The notes beneath the pieces are model-generated. The model was given only the letters and a program-made list of their open reading frames with translations. It did not search any database and was not told the origin of the DNA. From contig CALSUG010000005.1 in assembly GCA_943789475.1 (NCBI GenBank), positions 90,694-154,693 of the forward strand: DNA of 64,000 bases, given 5' to 3'. Positions 47,826 to 55,798 of the stretch are shown one piece after another. A program made the position numbers and the translations under genes. Each line of letters starts with the position of its first letter. The stretch's first letter is position 1. The DNA is from an uncultured Alphaproteobacteria bacterium. GTDB lineage: Bacteria > Pseudomonadota > Alphaproteobacteria > Micavibrionales > UBA1664.

Positions 47826-50800
47826 TCAAGATTTTGATACGACAGATAACGAAGCAACGGTTGCGATTACGGCATCGGCCGCAACATCAACAGGCGTTGC
47901 GATTAAAACAACAACGAATACGAATGCTGGTGCGGATCTTCATATGCATGCTTCAGGAGTGATCGCCGCGGATAATAATGTGACAGTGTTGATAGATGGT
48001 GAAAATTCTTCTACAGTTAGATATTTTGAAATTTCGAAAGATGCAAAGTTTAGGGATGGATCGCAAGAGCGTTTAATGCGTATTCAAGAAAATGGTCAAG
48101 CTCGTTTTTATAGTGATAGTTCTGCTATCATTAATTTAGAGCATACTTCGGCATCTGGCCAAAATAGGTATAGTCAATATGAAATGGGAGATCAAGACAC
48201 ACCTGTAACATGGGCTATGGGAGCGTATAGCCAAAACAATTTAACAGCATCAGCTCGAAATGATTTTTATATTTGGCAATATGTAGATCAAGCAAATTCG
48301 TCGGTTAATGTTCCTCGATTTTTGATTGATGATACAGGAAAAATTGGAATAGGAACTAATGCCCCTGCGGCTGCTCTTGATGTTTCTGGTACGGATGCTA
48401 TCTTGTTCCCACGTGGTATTGTGGGTAATCGTCCTGCGGCGCCTGTAAACGGTATGATGCGTTATAATACGGCCACGGGTAAATTTGAGGCGTACCAAGG
48501 TGGCGCATGGCAAGATATTTTGACATCGGGTGCGGGTAATGTTGCACACGCACTTGCCGATGCCGATAATGATACAAAAGTTCAGGTGGAAGAAAGTGCG
48601 GATGATGACACAATCCGTTTTGATACTGCGGGCGTTGAGCGGATGCGTATTGAGTCAAATGGTTGGGTTGAGATTAATAATCCGGCTCTGTCAAATGATG
48701 CAATTCAGTTTGAACCTCAATCTGGGTTTCACAGAATTGCAATGAACGATTTACGTCTTTATGATTGGAACCAAGCGATTTCGGGTGATTTGGCACGATT
48801 TAATAATGGTAAAATCGCATTGGGTGGTATTGACCAAGATGGTAGAGTAACGATTACAGGTGCAGCAGATATTGGCGCGGCAAATACCGTGGGGCAAGGT
48901 GCTCTTGTTATTCAGGATTCTGCTGGAGATGCGTCTGGTTGGAAATTACGCATAGATCCAAATGAAATGCAGGTTTCGAATAATGGTTCTGCATCAAGTT
49001 TACATTTAAATGCATTCGGTGGGGATGTATTGATTGGTAATGGATCTAACAATCTGGATTTGAAATCAGGGAAAATTGTCAATGTGGGTAATCCAACCGC
49101 GGCTCAGGACGCTGCGACAAAAAATTATGTTGATAATGCGATCGCGGGTGGTGATACTGATACAATCGATGGGTTGGATTCAACACAGTTCATTCGCTCT
49201 GATGCAGATGATAATGTGACGGGGCATACCGAATGGCAAGACAATAAAAGTGTCAGATTTGGTAATGGTGCAGATTTTCGTATTTGGCATGATGGTACTA
49301 ACCATGTTATGCGGAGCTATAAACATGGCGCACAAGTTTATCTTCAAGGTGAAGATGCTGGGGGAACAAATCGTACTATGATCTGGTTTGATCCTGATAA
49401 TGAAACACGTCTTTATTATCGAGGTGCTGAAAAGTTGAATACCCGCAGTAATGGTATTGAGGTGACTGGTGAAATATATGGTGCCGGATCGCATTACTAC
49501 GGTGATAATAAAGAAATCATTGGTTATAGTGATAGCTGGCTTCGTTTAAATCAAGCAGGTCATTTTTCAAGTGGTGTGTACACACCAGGTTTGTTCAGAG
49601 CCGACAATGGATTTCAAGTTGACGGCAATACGATTATTAACGGTTCAGGTACTGTAACTGGATCACGTGTTGGTAGTGGTGTTAATGGTGACAATATAAC
49701 TGATGGCACGATTGATAGTTCGGAAATACAAAATAATACGATCACTGAAGACGATATTATTGACAGCTTTAAGGCTAGGGACGCAGATAAGCTTGATGGG
49801 CTCAGTTCTGGTAGTTTCATTCGCTCTGATGCAGATGATAATGTGACGGGGCATACCGAATGGCAAGACAATAAAAGTGTCAGATTTGGTAATGGTGCAG
49901 ATTTTCGTATTTGGCATGATGGTAGTAACCATGTTATGCGGAGCTATAAACATGGCGCACGTTGGTATTTACAGGGTGAACATGCGGGGGGAACAAATCG
50001 TAATATGATTATCGCAGACCCTGATGATAGTGTTTACATGTATTATCAAAATGCCGAAAAACTGAGAACATCGCCCTCTGGTGTAGACGTTAGAAATGCA
50101 GTTAATGTTATTGGCGCGACATCAGGTAACGAAGGTGGTGAAATGCGTCTCTATACTTCTGATCCATATGATAGCACGTATGATTATTATCGTATTGATG
50201 CATTTCAGGATGATTTCCGAATTGGGCGGACATCGATTGGTGATGACTTTGTTTTGAAAAATACTGGTAACATTGGTATCGGTACGGATACGCCAGCAGA
50301 AAGACTTCACGTCAATGGTAATATTCTTGTGTCGCCTCATCATCCATATCTCAGGCTGCATGGCCCTGTAGGTAATGCATCTTTGGATATGAATGGCCCT
50401 AACGCCACAAAATCTTTCAGGATGCACTATGGTAATTCTGCTGACAATGTAGTTCGTTTTGGGCGCTTTTCGAATAATTTTATTTCTTGGGAGGCAAATC
50501 CAGTTGTGTTTGATCTGGATGCACCAAACGCCACCTTGAAATTAAGTGGAACTGGTAATGTCGGAATTGGAGTTATTGGGGCAGCCCCATCGCAAAAACT
50601 TCACGTCAATGGTAATATTCTTGCGTCGTCTTATCTGCACTCATCCGACCGTCGTTTGAAAAAGGATATCCGTGATATCGATAATCCATTTGACTTGTTG
50701 GATGCGATCCACGGTAAACATTTTGGATGGAAAAAGGATGATAAGACAGAATATGGTGTGATCGCACAAGATGTTCAAAGTGTGATGCCAGAAGCGGTTG

Positions 50801-51042
50801 TTGAAAGTGGCGATGGCTTTTTGGCCGTTGAATATGACCAATTGATTGCACCAGTGATCGAGGCGGTGAAACATGTTCGCGATATGGTTGTTGATGTGAT
50901 TGGCAAGGTTGAATCGTTGCTATCTCGTGTTGATGCATTGGAAAAAGAAAATGAGCGATTGCGCTCTGAAATCGATGCGTTAAAGTCATCAAGTGAAACA
51001 ATTTTGAATCGTCTGGAGGCGTTAGAAAAAAATGAAAAATAA
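47674..51042 (+). CDS. tail-fibre-like protein with C-terminal peptidase-S74 intramolecular chaperone domain (C-terminal part of the same gene; the real frame entry is near 47806)
   Basis: From NGRIGIN (47806) the repeat pattern of the upstream ORF continues. There are two T7-like fibre modules (FIRSDADDNVTGHTEWQDNKSVRFGNGADFRIWHDG.NHVMRSY...). The C-terminus reads SDRRLKKDIRDI...GVIAQDVQSVMPEAV...VEYDQLIAPVIEAVK, followed by a coiled coil. Confidence 0.65.
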   Translation: MLVRVILTCWLITIMIPRFRWKKMRMKIISVLIPREVSVCTSHQNGRIGINQDFDTTDNEATVAITASAATSTGVAIKTTTNTNAGADLHMHASGVIAADNNVTVLIDGENSSTVRYFEISKDAKFRDGSQERLMRIQENGQARFYSDSSAIINLEHTSASGQNRYSQYEMGDQDTPVTWAMGAYSQNNLTASARNDFYIWQYVDQANSSVNVPRFLIDDTGKIGIGTNAPAAALDVSGTDAILFPRGIVGNRPAAPVNGMMRYNTATGKFEAYQGGAWQDILTSGAGNVAHALADADNDTKVQVEESADDDTIRFDTAGVERMRIESNGWVEINNPALSNDAIQFEPQSGFHRIAMNDLRLYDWNQAISGDLARFNNGKIALGGIDQDGRVTITGAADIGAANTVGQGALVIQDSAGDASGWKLRIDPNEMQVSNNGSASSLHLNAFGGDVLIGNGSNNLDLKSGKIVNVGNPTAAQDAATKNYVDNAIAGGDTDTIDGLDSTQFIRSDADDNVTGHTEWQDNKSVRFGNGADFRIWHDGTNHVMRSYKHGAQVYLQGEDAGGTNRTMIWFDPDNETRLYYRGAEKLNTRSNGIEVTGEIYGAGSHYYGDNKEIIGYSDSWLRLNQAGHFSSGVYTPGLFRADNGFQVDGNTIINGSGTVTGSRVGSGVNGDNITDGTIDSSEIQNNTITEDDIIDSFKARDADKLDGLSSGSFIRSDADDNVTGHTEWQDNKSVRFGNGADFRIWHDGSNHVMRSYKHGARWYLQGEHAGGTNRNMIIADPDDSVYMYYQNAEKLRTSPSGVDVRNAVNVIGATSGNEGGEMRLYTSDPYDSTYDYYRIDAFQDDFRIGRTSIGDDFVLKNTGNIGIGTDTPAERLHVNGNILVSPHHPYLRLHGPVGNASLDMNGPNATKSFRMHYGNSADNVVRFGRFSNNFISWEANPVVFDLDAPNATLKLSGTGNVGIGVIGAAPSQKLHVNGNILASSYLHSSDRRLKKDIRDIDNPFDLLDAIHGKHFGWKKDDKTEYGVIAQDVQSVMPEAVVESGDGFLAVEYDQLIAPVIEAVKHVRDMVVDVIGKVESLLSRVDALEKENERLRSEIDALKSSSETILNRLEALEKNEK
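49189..49334 (+). repeat. intragenic direct repeat, copy 1
   Basis: 146 nt, identical to 49816-49961 except for one base (c/g). Confidence 0.9.
49816..49961 (+). repeat. intragenic direct repeat, copy 2
   Basis: Offset from copy 1 is 627 nt (209 codons, in frame). Confidence 0.9.
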
Positions 51043-52117
51043 AACATCTTTCTTTTTCCTGTTATGTGGATTTGTGATGATTTTATCACATGGGGTGATG
51101 GCCGCATGTTCATCACCATCTGGCTCTGCATCACAAACACGATATGACTTTGGTGCAAATAAATACTATTTCTGTGATAATACGGATTGGGTTGAAATTG
51201 GCGGCGGCGGCGGCGGTGATGGCGGCAGTGGATCTTGTGGATTGCCATGGGGGGGAACCATTGCAGATGGCGCGAACGTGACCGCGTATCAGCAAGCCTT
51301 ACCAAGTGGAGTAGCATGTGTTTCAGAAACCCGTATTTGCAGTAGCGGTGCTTTGTCAGGGTCTTATTTAAATCCTAGTTGTAACAATGGGTGTGCAGGT
51401 GGAACGATGGTTAGCTGGTCAAATTGTTCTGCAATTCGAATAAATGCAACACATGGCCAGAATAGAAACGTATCAGATCCAAGTCCAGGATATTGTCAGT
51501 CTGGTTGGTATGGTAGTCGTTCGTTTAGTTGTTCTAATGGAAGTTGGAGTGCTACAAATAGTGGAACTTGTTCATACCAAAGCATTGAGAGAGATTGTGG
51601 CAGTTGTTTTGCGGCGGGTAGTACGGTTTTGATGGCGGATGGTACGCATAAAGCAATTGAAGATATCAAAATCGGTGAATATTTGATGGGATCGGATGGC
51701 AAACCAACACGTGTGGTCGAATATGACCGCCCGATTATGGAATATCGCGATGGCGACCCACAACGTTTGATTTCGATCAATGATAAAGGGTATTTAATGA
51801 CGAATAACCACCCTGTTTTAACAACAGATGGATGGAAGGCCCTGTGGGTTGACGGTGCAGAATCCGAAGCCTATGATTTGTTAAAAGGCAAAGTATCTCA
51901 ATTGGATATTGGTGATGAAATCATCATGGCTGGCGATAAAACAATGATTGTTGAAACAATCAATGTTTTACAACATACCGAGGATACACGCCTTTATAAC
52001 TTTGTCTTGGACGGTGACCCTGTGTTTTATGTCGATGGTATGGCGGTGATGAGCTTTGTTCCGGATAAGGCGGGTAAATACACGGCTCACCTCGAACATG
52101 AAGGTGAACCGAAATAG
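51032..52117 (+). CDS. secreted Cys-rich protein with C-terminal Hint (Hedgehog/intein-like) autoprocessing domain
   Basis: Signal peptide MKNKTSFFFLLCGFVMILSHGVMA. Cys-rich N-terminal half carrying the same RY(D/N)...FCD..W motif as the fibre gene, and a poly-Gly linker. Hint block A CFAAGSTVLMADGTHKAIEDIKIGEYL and block B TNNHPVLTTDGW are present, with no terminal HN. The start overlaps the fibre gene stop by 11 nt. Confidence 0.65.
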   Translation: MKNKTSFFFLLCGFVMILSHGVMAACSSPSGSASQTRYDFGANKYYFCDNTDWVEIGGGGGGDGGSGSCGLPWGGTIADGANVTAYQQALPSGVACVSETRICSSGALSGSYLNPSCNNGCAGGTMVSWSNCSAIRINATHGQNRNVSDPSPGYCQSGWYGSRSFSCSNGSWSATNSGTCSYQSIERDCGSCFAAGSTVLMADGTHKAIEDIKIGEYLMGSDGKPTRVVEYDRPIMEYRDGDPQRLISINDKGYLMTNNHPVLTTDGWKALWVDGAESEAYDLLKGKVSQLDIGDEIIMAGDKTMIVETINVLQHTEDTRLYNFVLDGDPVFYVDGMAVMSFVPDKAGKYTAHLEHEGEPK

Positions 52118-52120
52118 GTT

Positions 52121-52151
52121 AAAAAAAGCCCCGTAAAAGGGGCTTTTTTTA
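52121..52151. terminator. bidirectional rho-independent terminator
   Basis: AAAAAAAGCCCC-GTAAAA-GGGGCTTTTTTT between convergent genes. Confidence 0.8.
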
Positions 52152-52550
52152 TTTTAAGATGTTCGTTTCTTCACAATCGCTTTTTGGAAAAGCGCCTTGT
52201 GTTTTTAAAAATTTACCGTCAGAGGAAAAAAGGATCGCGGGAGATTTTTTGTTACCACCAGATCTGCCTGCGGGTCTTTTATAACGCATATTATCATCTG
52301 TAATTTGATCAAGGTACAGGGCCATTAATCCCCAATCATCGGCAGTTGCGTTACACAAAATCATAACAGGAACATTCCCATGCTGTGTTGCAACCGCGAG
52401 TTGGTCAATATTCTTTGTTCCAACGTTACCGCTATAGGTTCTTATCTCTTCTTTAGCGGCTGGTTGCCCTGAAACGTTAAAAGGAGTGAGTAGTGTTAAG
52501 AAAAATGCAGAGAGTAAAATAGGTGAAATATGTTTTGTTAATTTTGTCAT
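52149..52550 (-). CDS. hypothetical secreted protein
   Basis: 133-aa ORF with signal peptide (ISPILLSAFFLTLLTPFNVSG). No motif recognised. Confidence 0.45.
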   Translation of the reverse strand: MTKLTKHISPILLSAFFLTLLTPFNVSGQPAAKEEIRTYSGNVGTKNIDQLAVATQHGNVPVMILCNATADDWGLMALYLDQITDDNMRYKRPAGRSGGNKKSPAILFSSDGKFLKTQGAFPKSDCEETNILK

Positions 52551-52574
52551 ATGGTGTTTTCCTTTTTTGTTGGG

Positions 52575-53510
52575 TTAATAGCTCGAAATATAAGTTGTAT
52601 TGTAATCGAATATTGCCATTTGATGTAATGGTAAATCAAATAATATAAGAAGTATAAAAAGTAGAATGTATATTTTCTTGTATTTAGGGGTGTAATAATG
52701 CGCTAATATTACACCCAAGATACAAAGTAGCATGCCAAAACCTAGAACCTGTGTGGGATAATAGGCAAGCAATATAAATTCACAAATAAAGACATGTGTA
52801 ATGTTCATCCATATCTTGTTTTTTGTATAAAGGAAGAGTCCGAGTGATATTGGGATAATTGTTTGTGTAAACAATGCGATGTAAGTCATTGCTTTTCCTA
52901 GCAACAATAATGTTTCTGTATGGTGGAGTTCAGCTTGTTGTAAGGTGCTATCCGTTTGTAGATTCCTTATCATTTCAGCGTTTGGATTAAGTATGTTTTG
53001 GTATGTTGTTTTAATTGTCGAGGTTTGTGATGTTAGGCCTTCAACAATTGCGGCATAAAAATCAAATATAGATCCAGATAAAACTGTGAACGTTAAAAAA
53101 TCTCCTGAACGAAATTCTGGCAGAGACCATTTCCATATCGATGCACCGATAAAAATTGTAAACAAACAAAGGAACGCGCAAAATTTCATAATGTCGTCTT
53201 TGTGTTGTGTGTAGATTGTCCCCATAAACATGAAAAGCAGCATATATAAGTGAATGAATTTTTGATTGCCGACAAATTGCCACCCTAGAATAACTATTGG
53301 TGCGAATATAAGTATTAGGCCAGCAAAGAATAGGGGGCTGTGTGCAATATTTCGATTTGCGATGAATAAAAGCAGAAAGGGCAGGGTGATAACTTCATAG
53401 ATATTATTTTTATATCCGTATAAGGCGGTTACAAAAACGATAAGGCCTGCAACAAGAGTGCAGAAAGATTCGTTAGATTGATTGGTTAGGGCTTTCATTC
53501 TTAACCTCAT
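52575..53510 (-). CDS. hypothetical polytopic membrane protein
   Basis: 311-aa ORF with about 9 hydrophobic segments; very AT-rich. Confidence 0.5.
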   Translation of the reverse strand: MRLRMKALTNQSNESFCTLVAGLIVFVTALYGYKNNIYEVITLPFLLLFIANRNIAHSPLFFAGLILIFAPIVILGWQFVGNQKFIHLYMLLFMFMGTIYTQHKDDIMKFCAFLCLFTIFIGASIWKWSLPEFRSGDFLTFTVLSGSIFDFYAAIVEGLTSQTSTIKTTYQNILNPNAEMIRNLQTDSTLQQAELHHTETLLLLGKAMTYIALFTQTIIPISLGLFLYTKNKIWMNITHVFICEFILLAYYPTQVLGFGMLLCILGVILAHYYTPKYKKIYILLFILLILFDLPLHQMAIFDYNTTYISSY

Positions 53511-53931
53511 GTGTTGCTTTTAGAATTTTTTTGACGGACTGATTGTTTGGATTATACTTAAAAGTCCAAACTTGTATAATACTGGTATGGTTTTGATGGG
53601 TGATTTTTTTTACTAATTTATTTGCATTTTCCTGGATGGGAAGGCTTAAATAACTTTCATATTCTTTAAAAAATAACGATCTAACGACTGACGAATCAAT
53701 ATGTATTATCCCTCCATTTTGATTGTTTTTTTGTTGTATTGTTAGCCAACGATTGCCGGGATAATCAATATTTGTATACATTCCCATTCCACCAAAATTC
53801 CAGCTAGTTGCATTTAAATTATTATATGCATAAAGGCTAAATAAAATAAAAAATGACGAGATGAGTGACAATATAAATAGTGAGATTTTAAGTGTATTAG
53901 GCATTTTTTGAAATTGTACTTTTTTTGACAT
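53473..53931 (-). CDS. hypothetical membrane-anchored protein
   Basis: 152-aa ORF with one N-terminal TM helix. Overlaps the downstream membrane gene by 38 nt. Confidence 0.45.
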   Translation of the reverse strand: MSKKVQFQKMPNTLKISLFILSLISSFFILFSLYAYNNLNATSWNFGGMGMYTNIDYPGNRWLTIQQKNNQNGGIIHIDSSVVRSLFFKEYESYLSLPIQENANKLVKKITHQNHTSIIQVWTFKYNPNNQSVKKILKATHEVKNESPNQSI

Positions 53932-54001
53932 TTAAAGATTCTTCCCTTTGCCCTAATTCTGTCGTATATAGATGATAATATTTTTTTAAAGGTTATATTA
54001 T

Positions 54002-54583
54002 ATGCGATTATTAACAAGCTTTACTTTCTTTCTGGTGTTTTTTTCACCTTATATCGTTTCGGCTAATTTGGATCCTGCATTGGCAGGTAAAAAGGCTGAA
54101 ATGTTTGTACAATCGTTAGGTGACGAAGCGATTGGTGTTTTAGAAGCATCTCAAGGTGATGATAATGTCGTTCAAAAAGAATTTGAACGCATCCTTAATG
54201 CAAAATTCGATATGACAACTTTGGCGCGTTTTGCAATGGGACGTTATTGGACTGTTGCAACTGATGTAGAAAAAAAGGAATACACTAAATTATTTAATAA
54301 AATGGTTGTTGATGTCTATTCAAAGCGTTTCTCTGATTATTCAGGACAAAATTTTGAAGTTATTGGTAATAAACCTGCAGGACGTAAAGATTTTGTAGTT
54401 AATTCCCTTATTAAGGGGGCAGGAAATCCTGTTAAAGTTGATTGGCGTCTTCGTAAAGGAAAAGTTATTGATGTGATTGTGGCAGGCGTCAGCATGTCTG
54501 TAACACAGAGATCTGAATTTGCGTCAATTATTCAACGTAATGGTGGTCAAGTTGCATCATTGATCACACATTTGCAAAAATAA
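54002..54583 (+). CDS. mlaC: MlaC/Ttg2D-family phospholipid-binding periplasmic protein
   Basis: Signal peptide, then FDMTTLARFAMGRYWTVATDVEKKEYTKLFNKMVVDVYSKRF, the toluene-tolerance Ttg2D/MlaC core pattern. Confidence 0.7.
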   Translation: MRLLTSFTFFLVFFSPYIVSANLDPALAGKKAEMFVQSLGDEAIGVLEASQGDDNVVQKEFERILNAKFDMTTLARFAMGRYWTVATDVEKKEYTKLFNKMVVDVYSKRFSDYSGQNFEVIGNKPAGRKDFVVNSLIKGAGNPVKVDWRLRKGKVIDVIVAGVSMSVTQRSEFASIIQRNGGQVASLITHLQK

Positions 54584-54648
54584 TCAAAACAACCTATTGA
54601 CAAAATGATGTAAAAATTGTCTTTTACACCCAGCCAAAAACATTCCGT

Positions 54649-54734
54649 GGAGGGATGGTCGAGTGGTTAATGGCAGCGGATTGTAACTCCGCCTTCTTCG
54701 GAATACGCAGGTTCGAATCCTGCTCCCTCCACCA
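54649..54734 (+). tRNA. tRNA-Tyr (anticodon GUA)
   Basis: Acceptor GGAGGGA/TCCCTCC, anticodon stem GCGGA/TCCGC with loop TT-GTA-AC, the long variable arm typical of bacterial tRNA-Tyr, T-loop GGTTCGAATCC, encoded CCA. Confidence 0.9.
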
Positions 54735-54768
54735 TTAAGTCTTTGATTTAAGACACATAGAGAATTTT
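54729..54768 (+). repeat. direct repeat DR-L (tRNA-Tyr 3' end plus 34 nt)
   Basis: CCACCATTAAGTCTTTGATTTAAGACACATAGAGAATTTT; 38/40 identical to 59872-59911. Confidence 0.85.
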
Positions 54769-54778
54769 CGTCCCACAG

Positions 54779-54802
54779 CCCCGCCGTCCGCGGGGTTTTT
54801 GT
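54779..54802 (+). terminator. rho-independent terminator after tRNA-Tyr
   Basis: CCCCGC-CGTCC-GCGGGG-TTTTTG. Lies within a 67-nt segment present only in the left repeat copy. Confidence 0.65.
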
Positions 54803-55033
54803 TTGTCTGTGATCTGGGGACACGCGGAGAATTCCATTTTCATGGCGAAAACCATCAATATTCTCCATGGCCATTTCCAACGTGTCTCGAGATTAATTTC
54901 CCTGCTAACAGGGAATTAACAGGGTAAATTTTATTTTTTAATGTGGTTTCGAATAAGCGATAACTTCACACGCATTGATACGCCTGCATTTGAGAGTTTA
55001 ATGCCGTAAAATTAACAGGGAAATAGCAAGGAA

Positions 55034-55627
55034 TTACATCGCCATTAATGTATCGAAACTACGCATGATGATTTGACCAACACTGGCTTTCGAGACACCT
55101 TCACGTTCAGCAATCGCTTTCATAGACAAACCGTTGAAATGTTCATCTCTCCACAAAACACCGCGAACCAAATTTTTGAGTTGTTGAGGTGGTAAATCAA
55201 GAGGGTCATCGATATTATCTGATTTTATAACGACCGCGCCTTTGTATGATTTTTGTGTCTTGAATGATGTTTCAATAGTCATTGTTTCTTGGAAGGCATT
55301 CGTTGGAATATTCATTTTAAATAATGTTTCGAAATAGCTTTTTAATTTTGAAACACTGAGGGTGATGTTAATTTGATCGACGCTAATAACGATCCTGTTA
55401 ATGCATGTTTTAATAATGTCATTTGTATCAATAACATCTGTGTTTTTGACGATGTAGGACAGTGTTTCAGAGTTATCATCATCAATATTGAAAATATCCG
55501 ATAGTAACCTTTCTGACATTATTTTGGCTTCGGTAGATCTTGATACATGTTTTTCAATTTCATGTGCGGGTAGGCGGTTCAAAGTCCTTTCAGGGTGGTC
55601 TTTATCTTGAATGGTGTTTTGGCTCAC
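55034..55627 (-). pseudogene. C-terminal remnant of a large serine recombinase (catalytic resolvase domain absent)
   Basis: RLPAHEIEKHV..., INRIVISVDQINITLSV... and LVRGVLWRDEHFNGLSMKAIAEREGVSKASVGQIIMRS resemble the C-terminal tail of alphaproteobacterial island serine recombinases (from memory). No S-R catalytic N-domain is found in any frame upstream. Confidence 0.45.
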
Positions 55628-55798
55628 ATAATAACGTTATGGCTCAAGTGCTATTAATTTAGGATGCGTTCCTAAAGCCAGTGCAGGATTTGTAGGAACA
55701 AAAATTGCTTTTACACGTGTCCCAGAAAAGAGTGAATTTATCTAGTGATTGCTTTAAGTATTTTCTTGTTAAAATAGCTTGCCCTTTATTCGTCTGTA

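Noticed and set aside
50775-51317. 180-aa minus-strand ORF across the fibre/Hint junction, plus other antisense ORFs within 45800-51000
   Set aside because: They lie opposite strongly motif-supported plus-strand coding sequence. Their His/Arg/Pro-rich translations are typical of antisense frames.
54584-54880. 98-aa minus-strand ORF in the track
   Set aside because: It lies antisense across tRNA-Tyr, the direct repeat and the terminator. This is an ORF-finder artefact.
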